The notes under the pieces: model-generated | Databases searched by the model: none | Told to the model about the DNA's origin: nothing | Seen by the model: only the letters and a program-made list of their open reading frames with translations | Program-made: the position numbers and the translations under genes | Shown here: piece after piece, positions 20,425-30,188 of the stretch | Numbering within the stretch: the stretch's first letter is position 1 | Layout: the number at the start of each line of letters is the position of its first letter | Assembly: GCA_964620355.1 (NCBI GenBank) | Contig: CAZUIT010000012.1 | Location: 1,070-65,069, forward strand | Origin: an uncultured Burkholderiales bacterium | Lineage (GTDB): Bacteria > Bacteroidota > Bacteroidia > UBA8524 | Length of the DNA: 64,000 nt | Direction: 5' to 3'

Positions 20425-21122
20425 GTCAGATAATTCCCCCTATTAAGAATGCCCTACATGCCATGATTCGTTGTTTCGTAGATGGATCGTCGGAAGTAAA
20501 TGCCGAAGAAGGTCAGCTTTTACTTGCCGATATGGTAGCCCTATTGGGACATGCTGGCGAGTTTAAGGCGAAGCTTGCAGAAATGGATAAAAGTATGGAG
20601 GCGCATCCGAATTTTGAGCCCTTGTATGATTACCTTTTCGACCTGCTCATGCTCAGCTTTATTGCTTCTGATTCGGCTCAGATGGACGAGAATTATCTTG
20701 ATTCCGAAGAGTGGCTGAAAATCGAAGATGAAACCAGCGATCGCGGAAGTGAGATGCTGAACATGTATATCTATCTTACCGAGGCCGCCACCCAAGAGAT
20801 TGATATCGACTTGATGGATTTCTTGAATGAATTTCTTTTGGCAGATGATGAACTCTATCAAGATGATTTCTTTGTGTATGAGGAAATTCTCAAGAATGAG
20901 GAAATTGCAGAAGCGGATATTGCTGAGATACTTAGCGCAGCAGAAAAGGTGGAAACGGATGAGTTGAGAGAAATTTACGTTCCTCTCTTAGCCTTTTTTG
21001 ATGTACATGATACCGAAGAAGATGTGCTGAAAGCGATTTCAAATTCAGACTACCAAAAACCAATTCATCTTGCCCTTTATGGAGCCTTATGCGCCTTTGC
21101 TGAGGGTTTAGAGGAGGCATAG
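20421..21122 (+). CDS. Acidic hypothetical protein
   Basis: ATGA overlap with the upstream stop; D/E-rich helical ORF ending 3 nt before uvrC. Confidence 0.75.
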   Translation: MSQIIPPIKNALHAMIRCFVDGSSEVNAEEGQLLLADMVALLGHAGEFKAKLAEMDKSMEAHPNFEPLYDYLFDLLMLSFIASDSAQMDENYLDSEEWLKIEDETSDRGSEMLNMYIYLTEAATQEIDIDLMDFLNEFLLADDELYQDDFFVYEEILKNEEIAEADIAEILSAAEKVETDELREIYVPLLAFFDVHDTEEDVLKAISNSDYQKPIHLALYGALCAFAEGLEEA

Positions 21123-21125
21123 AAT

Positions 21126-22934
21126 ATGGATAAGTCGGCGATAGAAGAGGAGCTCAAGAAGAGCATTCGACAAATCCCCCATTCGCCGGGTATCTACAAG
21201 TATTTCGACGAGCAAGACACGCTCATCTATATAGGTAAGGCCAAGGACCTTAGAAAACGGGTCAGCTCTTATTTCAATAAAAAGCATTACGAAAACCGCA
21301 AAACAGCGGTCATGGTGAGTCGGATTCGGCGCATCGAGTTTGCCTTAGTGGATTCTGAATTTGATGCTTTACTACTGGAGAATAGCCTTATTAAGGAGTA
21401 CCAGCCTAAGTATAATATCAATCTAAAGGACGATAAGACTTATCCATTTATTCGTATCACCAAAGACCGTTTTCCTAAGGTATTTCCAACCCGGAATATG
21501 GTACGTGATGGATCCGAATACTTTGGTCCTTATGCCTCGGTAAGGATGATGCATACCATTTTGGATATGATTCGTCAACTCTATCCCCTGCGAAATTGTA
21601 ATCTTCATTTAAGCGATGCGAATATCAAGGCAGAGAAGTTTAAGGTCTGCTTAGAATACCATATCGGCAATTGCAAAGGTCCTTGCGAAGGGCTTCAAGA
21701 TGAGGCAAGCTATATAGCTTCCTTAGAGCAGGTAAGAAAGATTTTAAAAGGAAGTATTGGAGAGGCGCTGAACCATTTAAAGTCCTTAATGCAAGAAGCC
21801 TCAGATACTTGGAAATTCGAACAAGCCGAAGAATACCGCAAGCGTCTCGAAACTCTGGAAAACTACCAAAGCAAAAGCACCGTGGTGAGTCATACGATTC
21901 ATGATGTAGACGTATTCTCGCTCGCCCAAGAAGGAAAGTATGCCTTTGTGAATTTTATGAAGGTGGCCAATGGAATGATTATCCAAACGCAGACCATTGA
22001 GCTGAAGAAGAATTTAGACGAGCCTCAGGAAGAACTCTTGGCTTTAGCAATCGGAGAAATTCGTGCGCGTTATAATAGCACCAGCAAAGAGATCCTCGTT
22101 CCCTTTGTACCAGATATCAGCGATGAGAAGGTTCAATTTGTTGTTCCTAAAATTGGCGACAAAAAGAAACTCCTCGAACTCTCTCAAAAAAATGCCCGCT
22201 ACTATATGCGGGAGAAGCTGGAACAATACGAAAGGCTTAACCCCGAGGTGAAGGTAGAACGCCTCATGACCCAAATGCGCGACGACTTAAGGCTTACCGA
22301 ATTGCCTTATCATATCGAATGTTTTGATAATTCGAATTTCCAGGGAGCATATCCGGTATCGGCCTGTGTGGTATTTCGGAATGGAAAGCCAGCTAAAAAG
22401 GACTACCGTCATTTTAACGTGAAGACTGTGGTTGGTCCAGATGATTTTGCCACCATGAAGGAGGTGCTCACTCGCCGTTATACCCGTATGATGGAAGAAC
22501 AGGAGCCATTGCCGCAACTCATCGTAGTGGATGGTGGAAAAGGACAACTTAGCGCGTCAGTTGAAGCCTTGAAAGAAATAGGCGCGTATGGTAAGATGGC
22601 CATCATTGGGATAGCTAAGCGTTTGGAAGAAATCTATTATCCCGGTGATCCCGTTCCAATGTTGATTGATAAGAAATCCGAAACCTTAAAAATCATCCAA
22701 CAAATGCGCGACGAGGCCCACCGCTTTGGAATTACCCACCATAGAAACCGCCGCGACAAAGGAACACTTAAAAGCGAACTCACCGATATCAAAGGTATTG
22801 GCGACGAAATGGCGAAGGCTTTGCTTACCCAATTTCGGTCTATCAAAAAAATCAAAGAAGCTTCGGAAGAGAGTCTAGCTGCGGTGCTTGGTCCGGCAAA
22901 GGCAAAGGTTGTCTTTGCGTATTTTCATCCGTAA
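21126..22934 (+). CDS. uvrC: Excinuclease ABC subunit C
   Basis: GIY-YIG (PGIY...IYIGKAK), ECFDNS, VDGGKGQL, RDEAHRFG, C-terminal HhH. Confidence 0.97.
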   Translation: MDKSAIEEELKKSIRQIPHSPGIYKYFDEQDTLIYIGKAKDLRKRVSSYFNKKHYENRKTAVMVSRIRRIEFALVDSEFDALLLENSLIKEYQPKYNINLKDDKTYPFIRITKDRFPKVFPTRNMVRDGSEYFGPYASVRMMHTILDMIRQLYPLRNCNLHLSDANIKAEKFKVCLEYHIGNCKGPCEGLQDEASYIASLEQVRKILKGSIGEALNHLKSLMQEASDTWKFEQAEEYRKRLETLENYQSKSTVVSHTIHDVDVFSLAQEGKYAFVNFMKVANGMIIQTQTIELKKNLDEPQEELLALAIGEIRARYNSTSKEILVPFVPDISDEKVQFVVPKIGDKKKLLELSQKNARYYMREKLEQYERLNPEVKVERLMTQMRDDLRLTELPYHIECFDNSNFQGAYPVSACVVFRNGKPAKKDYRHFNVKTVVGPDDFATMKEVLTRRYTRMMEEQEPLPQLIVVDGGKGQLSASVEALKEIGAYGKMAIIGIAKRLEEIYYPGDPVPMLIDKKSETLKIIQQMRDEAHRFGITHHRNRRDKGTLKSELTDIKGIGDEMAKALLTQFRSIKKIKEASEESLAAVLGPAKAKVVFAYFHP

Positions 22935-22950
22935 AGCAAACCCTCCAAAG

Positions 22951-23052
22951 CCCGTCATCCCGACCGTAGCGGAGGGAAGGGGGGTAAAACATACCACGTT
23001 TGTCGCATTGCCTGGCCCCTCGGTTCCGCTACGCTCCACTCGGGGTGACGGC
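22951..23052. repeat. Inverted pair of REP-like elements (GTCATCCCGA...; REPIN-like) between convergent genes
   Basis: CCGTCATCCCGACCGTAGCGGAGGG ... CCCCTCGG(ttccgctacgctccac)TCGGGGTGACGG; related copies at 48827, 56361 and 56471. Confidence 0.75.
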
Positions 23053-23110
23053 AAGGGTAAGCTGCCTTGTTCCTCATTCCATACGATGTAGGACTGTTCC
23101 AGCAAATACC

Positions 23111-24544
23111 TTACTTATGCGGGTAGAAATATTCATTGCCAGCAACAATGCTGAAATCATAGTCCATAATCAATCCGAACATGCCACGCTTACTGTGTTC
23201 TTCTAAATAAACGGGAATATTCCGAGCCTCAAAGCGTTGAATATCATCTACCGTCAGGTAATAATTGGCGAGGTATTTATATTCGGTAGGATAGTCAAAA
23301 ACCGATAAGTTTTTTAGTCGACAGTTTTGGTAATCGCAACGGAGCGTTGTTTCATTCAAGCGATAGCGTACATTTTTCTGGTAGCTCCAGAAGCTATGGC
23401 TGAATAGAAATATAACGGAAACACTCAGTGCGGCTCCTCTAAGTAAATTCCAAATAATGGCAAGTTGTGGCGCATTTTGGTTGTCGCGCCAAAGTTCAGA
23501 ACGAAAATAAATGGCTGTAAATAAAACGGCACCTAAGCCCATCATGATCAAAAGGATGACTTGATGATCAGGATTACTCTTCACCAGACTAGAATAAAAG
23601 AAGATGGCAGGAAGGATTAAAAAGGAATAAAACCTCAAGACCCTCGGGGTATACGGCTTTTTAATCGTCTTGAGGTAGCCTGGGATTTTCTTCTTACTCG
23701 TTTGATTGGCCTGAGTTATAAAATCAGGGTGCAGTAAATAATTCTCATCTCCATTCAACGGGTCTTGATTCAATAAAGCACATAGATGATTGAAGATATC
23801 AGGTAAACTTTCCTTAAACTTTTGCGGTGCTTCAAAGAAATTCTCTACACAAACGGCAAAAAATTCATGTTCGTTGGCCAATGCTCTTTGCCGTAGAAAC
23901 CCTTCACCACGTTCTACAAAAAGTTTATGTTCTGGCACGGAGAATTGTATAAAGTCAGCAAAGAATAGATCAATAATTTTATCGCTTTTGTTCTGTTTTT
24001 TATGATTCACCTCTAAAGCATGTGCCATTTCATGCAGCCCTAAATTATAACCGTCTGAATCAATTCGAAATCCTTCTTCAAAATCTTTCCAAGAAAAGGC
24101 AACTTGTCCGGTACTGTATGTAAGACCTTTGACTTCCGCTTCAGCTAAATCACTGTAGAAGGTATCAGGATAGAGAAAAATATGATGAAAATAATCGAGT
24201 CGGAAATAGTCTAGCCCAAAGGTTAATTGAGCAGCGGCCCCACATACGAGCAGTCGCTTTGAGTGGTCAATAACAATTCCTCGACGGCCTTCAAATTCCC
24301 AGTCTTCCATAAACTGAAAACTTCGGTAAATAAATTTTGCCCGGCCTTCAGAGTCTAATTTTCGATAGTATGTAAAGCGCTTAGAAAAGAATTCATCAAT
24401 CTGAATGAATTGATTTCTACTGATCCTGTTTTGCCATTTGACTTTATTGAAATAGTAATTATTCCATTCCTTTTCAAGAGTGGGTAGGCTGACTATGATT
24501 AGCAGCATACTTAGAATAAAAGCAATAGTCGAGAGAAGGATCAT
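23111..24544 (-). CDS. MtfA/peptidase M90-like zinc-dependent peptidase with extra transmembrane regions
   Basis: AQLTFGL, DGYNLGLHEMAHAL, EFFAVCVENFFE.P and LLNQDP motifs. Confidence 0.8.
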   Translation of the reverse strand: MILLSTIAFILSMLLIIVSLPTLEKEWNNYYFNKVKWQNRISRNQFIQIDEFFSKRFTYYRKLDSEGRAKFIYRSFQFMEDWEFEGRRGIVIDHSKRLLVCGAAAQLTFGLDYFRLDYFHHIFLYPDTFYSDLAEAEVKGLTYSTGQVAFSWKDFEEGFRIDSDGYNLGLHEMAHALEVNHKKQNKSDKIIDLFFADFIQFSVPEHKLFVERGEGFLRQRALANEHEFFAVCVENFFEAPQKFKESLPDIFNHLCALLNQDPLNGDENYLLHPDFITQANQTSKKKIPGYLKTIKKPYTPRVLRFYSFLILPAIFFYSSLVKSNPDHQVILLIMMGLGAVLFTAIYFRSELWRDNQNAPQLAIIWNLLRGAALSVSVIFLFSHSFWSYQKNVRYRLNETTLRCDYQNCRLKNLSVFDYPTEYKYLANYYLTVDDIQRFEARNIPVYLEEHSKRGMFGLIMDYDFSIVAGNEYFYPHK

Positions 24545-24628
24545 TGGATAGCTTCGGTATGCATAATACGACCTATCGCATATTTATGCAAGTAATTGAC
24601 TTCGTGCCGAATTTACTTTCTTTGTGAA

Positions 24629-25234
24629 ATGGCAGGTCCCACGGAATACTTATCTATCGAAGAAGCAACAAGCGCTGAATTCAAAGACCGTGGATCACGT
24701 TTTTTGGCTTTTGCTTACCCAGTAGATGATGAGGAAGCAATAAAAAGGGAACAGAACACCTTAAAGGAAAAATACCCCGATGCTACCCACCATTGCTATG
24801 CTTGGGTATTAGGTGCTGATCGTTCACGATACCGAGCAAATGATGATGGCGAGCCGAATCATTCTGCAGGAACTCCCATCTTGCGGCAGATAAATTCGTT
24901 TGAACTGAGTCAGGTTTTGGTGGTTGTAGTGCGGTATTATGGAGGCACAAACCTTGGTGTCCCCGGATTAATTCATGCCTATGGTCATGCAACGCGATTG
25001 GCATTGGAAGCGTCATCCATACAGACAAAACGTTTGCGCACTTGGGCAGTTTTTAATTTCCCCTTTGGAGAGGAGGGAAATGCCTACCGCTTAGTAAATC
25101 AAGTGCAAGCTGAAGTGAAAGAATTGCTGTATAAGCCAGAACCGGAATTACACATCCAATTCGATCTAGAGAAAAAAGAAGAACTGGAAAATCTAGCACA
25201 GAATTTCCCTAATATTGAGGTGATATGCGATTAA
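24629..25234 (+). CDS. yigZ: IMPACT family protein YigZ
   Basis: KDRGSRFLA, ATHHCYAW, NDDGEP..SAGTPIL, VVRYYGGTNLG. Confidence 0.92.
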   Translation: MAGPTEYLSIEEATSAEFKDRGSRFLAFAYPVDDEEAIKREQNTLKEKYPDATHHCYAWVLGADRSRYRANDDGEPNHSAGTPILRQINSFELSQVLVVVVRYYGGTNLGVPGLIHAYGHATRLALEASSIQTKRLRTWAVFNFPFGEEGNAYRLVNQVQAEVKELLYKPEPELHIQFDLEKKEELENLAQNFPNIEVICD

Positions 25235-27024
25235 AGAACAGGATTTTAACCCTATGCATGTTTGCATTAATTGGTGCAGGAGCGCTGGCCCAAAATGAAC
25301 CTACCATCGCAGGAAATATGCCCGTGCAACTTTTTCCATCTTTAAAAATAAGCTGGGGAGAAACCATTACACCCGAAGTGGTTTTGCATCAAGGTCTTTC
25401 CTTGGTGCAAGGAAACTTTCATCCAGGTGATTTTAAACTGAGCACAGAAAGGGAAAGTCCTGAAGGGCATTATTATTTATTTAGTTATCTAAAAGAAGGA
25501 GCACCATTCCAGGATTGTTATGTGAAGTTTTTTGTAGACCGTAATCAGGTGCTTCGTCAGGTGCTCTATCAAACAGCACAAGTTGATATGCCTCGTTCTG
25601 GCAGCTTTGCAGACTTCTCAAAACTCAGGAGCAGCTTAAATGGCTATGCACATATTGGTGAGATGAGTAAAGTATGGATTTGGAATGCACCGGTTTGGCA
25701 AGCAGCCGTAGAAGTGGTTATTGTCGAGGATCTCGGTGCCTATGCCGAGAAACGTTTTTACGATGCAGACTTGAATGAGTTGGGTCGTCGCGATTTTGCA
25801 TGGCGTTTTAAAGGGAAGGATAGTACGGTTCGAGGAATGGTGTTTAATCCAGACCCGCTCACAAGTGCCGAAGTTTCTTATGGAGGCGCATACCAAGATT
25901 TTAACGACGGCGATAGTGCTGCATTAAATAATGAACGTTTCAGTCTGCCAATACGTGTTGATTTTGTGAATGACAGTTTCATCCTTCGTGATTCTGTTTT
26001 TCATTTTAATGAGATTGAAAATCCGGCGAGTGATGAACCGAAAGGATTGACTCCTGCGTTTGATTTTACTCGAGCACAGGATGAATTTGAGTATGTCAAT
26101 ACCTATTACCATTTACAAACTTGGGTAAGAAGGGTGCATGACTTGGGCTATAACTTACCGAACACCACGGTACAGGTTGATCCGCATGCCTCCAATGGAG
26201 CGGATGTTTCTGGATTTACACCAGCCTACGGCGAATTGGCGCTACTATTTGGTGATGGAGGAATTGATGATGGTGAAGATGCAGATGTAATTGTTCATGA
26301 ATTAGGGCATGTATTATCTTATGTGGCGGCACCAGGAACAACCAATGGATTGGAACGTACTTCTATGGAAGAAGGGACCTGCGATTATTTTGCGATGTCC
26401 TATTCGCGTCAAATCAGTAATTATGGATGGCAGAAAACATTCAATTGGGATGGAAATGTAACCTGGCAAGGTCGTGTTGTTAATACCGCCAAGAAATTTC
26501 CAGACGATTATACCAATAACAAATACAATAATTCAGAAGTTTGGGTTGCCGCATTGGCAGAAGTATTTGATAGTTTGGGCGCGGATAAAACGGATAAGCT
26601 CGTTTTATGTGCTTTGTACAATCAGGTGAGTAATATGACCTTCATGCAGATGGCAGCAAATTGTCAGCAATGCGATTCTATACAAAATGCGGGAGCCAAT
26701 AGTATGATAATATATAATGCCATGAACCGCAGAGGGCTAGCCCATCCACTTGGCTTTAAACAGGCAACGGTATCGAACTGGAAGTTATTGAATTCGGAAG
26801 GATTTGCGAATCGTGGAGAAACAATGATCGTTGATTTTGCAGGAGCCATGTTAAGCGGACAGGCTGAACTATATGATTTGCAAGGCAGGTTGATTCAGGT
26901 GAAAAATTTCGAAGGAGTTGCTGCGATAAATATCCAAGCTGGGGACATAAAAAAAGGTCTGTATCTGCTAAGGGTCAATAGCGATACAAACCTTTCGTAC
27001 TCGTTTCTAGTTGCCAGACACTGA
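25225..27024 (+). CDS. M36/M4-like zinc metallopeptidase with T9SS type A C-terminal domain
   Basis: Signal peptide, VNTYYH, DGEDADVIVHELGH, EEG..DYFA, LYDLQGRLI...GLYLLRV. Confidence 0.85.
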   Translation: MRLKNRILTLCMFALIGAGALAQNEPTIAGNMPVQLFPSLKISWGETITPEVVLHQGLSLVQGNFHPGDFKLSTERESPEGHYYLFSYLKEGAPFQDCYVKFFVDRNQVLRQVLYQTAQVDMPRSGSFADFSKLRSSLNGYAHIGEMSKVWIWNAPVWQAAVEVVIVEDLGAYAEKRFYDADLNELGRRDFAWRFKGKDSTVRGMVFNPDPLTSAEVSYGGAYQDFNDGDSAALNNERFSLPIRVDFVNDSFILRDSVFHFNEIENPASDEPKGLTPAFDFTRAQDEFEYVNTYYHLQTWVRRVHDLGYNLPNTTVQVDPHASNGADVSGFTPAYGELALLFGDGGIDDGEDADVIVHELGHVLSYVAAPGTTNGLERTSMEEGTCDYFAMSYSRQISNYGWQKTFNWDGNVTWQGRVVNTAKKFPDDYTNNKYNNSEVWVAALAEVFDSLGADKTDKLVLCALYNQVSNMTFMQMAANCQQCDSIQNAGANSMIIYNAMNRRGLAHPLGFKQATVSNWKLLNSEGFANRGETMIVDFAGAMLSGQAELYDLQGRLIQVKNFEGVAAINIQAGDIKKGLYLLRVNSDTNLSYSFLVARH

Positions 27025-27026
27025 TC

Positions 27027-27788
27027 CTAGTATCCTGAAGCGCCCACGGTCGATAATTGACGTGGCTCAACAGTAATAACAGGTACAGAGCTATTTCTTA
27101 TAATCTTTTCAGACATGGAAGTGCTGAAGAATCCAGCATCTCTATCATTCATGATTACAATTAGGTCAGCGTTTTGCTCGTTGGCATAGTCGATAGTTAC
27201 CTGATCAACTTTTCCCCCAAGATGAAAGTGGTAACTGCATTCAACGCCTTTTTCAGACATGAATTTTTCAGCAGAGTGGGCATAAGATTTTACTCTTTTT
27301 TGCTCTTCTTCACTCTTTCCACTTACCGCGATGATGTCGATCATGGCACCAAAATGTTTGGCGATTTCCATGGCTACAGGCACCTTTTGGCGGGTTTCTG
27401 GTTTGTCGTGAATAGGCATAACAATATGCTTCACCGGCTTGGAGCTGAATTCATCCTTGACCGTTAACACTGGAATATCCAATGCATTGACAATTCCTTG
27501 CGAGTTTTTATCCGCAGGAACAATCAGGAGATTCGCCTCAAGCTCAATCGCAGTTTTTACGATTGTTTTTACTGACTCAGATGATTTACGTACAATTTCG
27601 AATTTCACATTTCCTTCCGAAGCTTTTTCTTCAATCATTTTCTCATACACCGCGCAGTTGTCGTCAAAACAAATGAGGTGAAAAGTACAATTGAAAACCT
27701 TAGAAAGGTTAAGTGCGGCATCTAATGTACCAGGGTGCAGTCCATCACTGCGAACGCCAATGGCAATTTTAGTAAAGTCTGTTTTCAT
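27027..27788 (-). CDS. Universal stress protein (tandem Usp domains)
   Basis: ADLIVIM...SEKIIRNSSVPVITV and an earlier IPVLTV. Confidence 0.85.
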   Translation of the reverse strand: MKTDFTKIAIGVRSDGLHPGTLDAALNLSKVFNCTFHLICFDDNCAVYEKMIEEKASEGNVKFEIVRKSSESVKTIVKTAIELEANLLIVPADKNSQGIVNALDIPVLTVKDEFSSKPVKHIVMPIHDKPETRQKVPVAMEIAKHFGAMIDIIAVSGKSEEEQKRVKSYAHSAEKFMSEKGVECSYHFHLGGKVDQVTIDYANEQNADLIVIMNDRDAGFFSTSMSEKIIRNSSVPVITVEPRQLSTVGASGY

Positions 27789-27944
27789 AGGCTTTTGTTT
27801 ATATCTACTTTGTTTCGTTAATTAAATCCTTGGGTAAGATAATTTTTTGCTTGGATATATGCAAGAGAATATTACACGATGGCCCACGAATTTAGGAGTC
27901 TAAAAATCTTATCTTCGCGCCAGAATTAAAGAAATTTATCGAAC

Positions 27945-29120
27945 ATGAAAGAAGTATATATAGTCTCTGCCGTTAGAACACCGATCGGAAGCTTTGGTGG
28001 AGCTTTATCTAGTATTCCTGCTCCTAAATTGGGTGCAATCGCTATCAAAGCAGCTTTGGAGAAAGCAGGCGTGGATGGAAAGGAAGTAAATGAAGTTTTT
28101 ATGGGCTGTGTATTGCAAGCAGGCCTCGGACAAGCTCCAGCGCGCCAAGCGACTATTTTCGCCGGACTATCTGACAACATTCCAGCAACGACTGTAAATA
28201 AGGTATGTGCCAGCGGAATGAAATCTGTTATGTTGGCGGCTCAGTCAATTATGACAGGCGATAATGAGGTTGTTGTGGCAGGTGGTATGGAAAACATGTC
28301 CATGGTTCCTCATTATATGCATGCCAGAAATGGAACAAAACTGGGAAATATTACCATGATAGACGGACTTGTAAACGACGGGTTAACCGACGTATACAAT
28401 GCATATCATATGGGAAATGCAGCAGAGCTTTGTGCTACAGATTGTAAAATTTCTCGTGAGGAGCAGGATGCTTATGCCATTGAATCGTATACACGTTCAG
28501 CCAAAGCTTGGGAAGCCGGTAAATTCGACTCGGAGATTGTTCCTGTATCGGTTCCACAAAGAAAAGGGGACCCAATTGTTGTTACCAAAGATGAAGATTT
28601 TACGAATGTGAAATTTGATAAAATCCCTACACTTCGTCCTGTTTTCCAAAAAGAGGGTACAGTAACCGCAGCGAATGCCTCGAACCTAAATGATGGAGCA
28701 GCGGCGTTGGTATTGATGAGCAAAGAAAAAGCGGAGGCCCTCGGAATTAAACCAATCGCTGTAGTGCGTGGATATGCCGATGCGGCTCAAGCGCCTGAAT
28801 GGTTTACAACGGCTCCCTCTAAAGCATTGCCAATAGCACTTGCTAAGGCTGGAGTTACTTCAGAAGAGGTTGATTTCTTTGAGATCAATGAAGCCTTCTC
28901 GGTAGTTTCTATCGCGAATAACCAAATCATGAAATTGGATCCTGCAAAGGTGAATGTTAACGGAGGTGCAGTATCTCTCGGTCACCCATTGGGTGCTAGT
29001 GGAGCACGGATCTTAGTTACCTTGATTCATGTATTGCACGGAAATAATGGAAAAATTGGTGCAGCCGGAATTTGCAACGGTGGGGGTGGTGCCTCAGCCT
29101 TTGTATTGGAGGCACGCTAA
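27945..29120 (+). CDS. Acetyl-CoA C-acetyltransferase (thiolase)
   Basis: RTPIGSF, NKVCASG, NEAF, GHPLGASG and CNGGGG motifs. Confidence 0.96.
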   Translation: MKEVYIVSAVRTPIGSFGGALSSIPAPKLGAIAIKAALEKAGVDGKEVNEVFMGCVLQAGLGQAPARQATIFAGLSDNIPATTVNKVCASGMKSVMLAAQSIMTGDNEVVVAGGMENMSMVPHYMHARNGTKLGNITMIDGLVNDGLTDVYNAYHMGNAAELCATDCKISREEQDAYAIESYTRSAKAWEAGKFDSEIVPVSVPQRKGDPIVVTKDEDFTNVKFDKIPTLRPVFQKEGTVTAANASNLNDGAAALVLMSKEKAEALGIKPIAVVRGYADAAQAPEWFTTAPSKALPIALAKAGVTSEEVDFFEINEAFSVVSIANNQIMKLDPAKVNVNGGAVSLGHPLGASGARILVTLIHVLHGNNGKIGAAGICNGGGGASAFVLEAR

Positions 29121-29133
29121 GAATAAAATTAAA

Positions 29134-29171
29134 AAGAAGCCGTTCTAGTCTTAGGATTGGAACGGCTTTTT
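29134..29171 (+). terminator. Rho-independent terminator after the thiolase gene
   Basis: AAGCCGTTCTAGTC-TTAG-GATTGGAACGGCTT hairpin followed by a T run. Confidence 0.8.
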
Positions 29172-29179
29172 AGTGAAGA

Positions 29180-29294
29180 GGGCACAGGGCACAGGGCACA
29201 GGGCTTTTTGCTGTGGCCCGCACACCTTCGCCGAAAAGGCTTACACCTTCGCATACGCTTCGGCGCACGCGGCCGGCGCACGCGGTCGACGGAG
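29180..29294. repeat. GGGCACA heptamer array plus a self-nested REP-like element
   Basis: (gggcaca)x3, then cacaccttcgccgaaaaggctt[acaccttcgcatacgcttcggcgcacgcggc]cggcgcacgcggtc. Confidence 0.75.
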
Positions 29295-29326
29295 GACTAT
29301 TTCAAAAGAGCGTTTTAAAAAAGGGT

Positions 29327-30169
29327 ATGAAAATAAGACTGAGCATTCTTCTATTATTTCTCGCAATTTCGGGCTTGACGAAAGCTCAAACTGAGATTGA
29401 AAGGCTCTCTTGGCGCATGTCGGCTTTAGGCTTTGATATGGTCGAATGCCGCAAAGATGCCGAACGAGATTCGTGTATCGCCTTGTTCAATGAAAATATG
29501 GATAGCTTAATCTCCATGCCTGGTTCCTTTAATCATCGATTTGATTCGGTGGCAAATATTCGCATTCTCGATGCACCTAACCATTCGTTTCGTTTATTGA
29601 CCTGGGGGTTTCGTCATCCAAACGACTCCTTTTCCTTTTTTGGCATCCTTCAATATGCTAGCCAAGAGAAGGAAGCGGTATGGCTTAGAGACTCGGCACA
29701 TCGCTTGGGTAATAATGATACCGCTTATCACGCAAGCTTAAGTCCGGAGAAATGGTATGGTTCTATTTACTATCAAATAGAAAAAATCAAGTACAAGAAA
29801 GAGGAATACTACCTGCTCGTTGGTTGGAACGGAAATACGATAAAAACCGACCGAAAGGTAGTGGATGTACTCTCTTGGAATGAATTTGACGAACCGGTAT
29901 TCGGACTCCCCATTTTTGATGTGGGTGCAAGCAGCTATCAAAGTCGCGTTATTTGGGAATATAAAAACGGAGCGAATATGGTTTTGAAGATTGAACCCAA
30001 AGAAAAGCTGATTGTATTTGAGCATACAGAGCCTGCCGACTCCCGTGCAAGGGGAATCTATTCCCTTTACCTTCCTGATGGGACCTATGATTTCTTCCGC
30101 TATAAGAAAGGGCGCTGGATCAAAGAAACGATGCTGTACGATCATTTTAAAAATCCAGGCAGGGATTAA
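29327..30169 (+). CDS. Conserved secreted hypothetical protein
   Basis: Signal peptide from ATG 29327; WYGSIYY, YLLVGWNG, PVFGLPIF and PDGTYD motifs. Confidence 0.8.
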   Translation: MKIRLSILLLFLAISGLTKAQTEIERLSWRMSALGFDMVECRKDAERDSCIALFNENMDSLISMPGSFNHRFDSVANIRILDAPNHSFRLLTWGFRHPNDSFSFFGILQYASQEKEAVWLRDSAHRLGNNDTAYHASLSPEKWYGSIYYQIEKIKYKKEEYYLLVGWNGNTIKTDRKVVDVLSWNEFDEPVFGLPIFDVGASSYQSRVIWEYKNGANMVLKIEPKEKLIVFEHTEPADSRARGIYSLYLPDGTYDFFRYKKGRWIKETMLYDHFKNPGRD

Positions 30170-30188
30170 TAAATACGAAGCTTCACGC

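Noticed and set aside
22875-23206. Short ORFs between uvrC and the peptidase
   Set aside because: Translations of REP DNA or antisense overlap.
29173-29326. N-terminal extension of ORF 29213 and ORF 29173-29394
   Set aside because: Derived from repeats; the signal peptide begins at ATG 29327.
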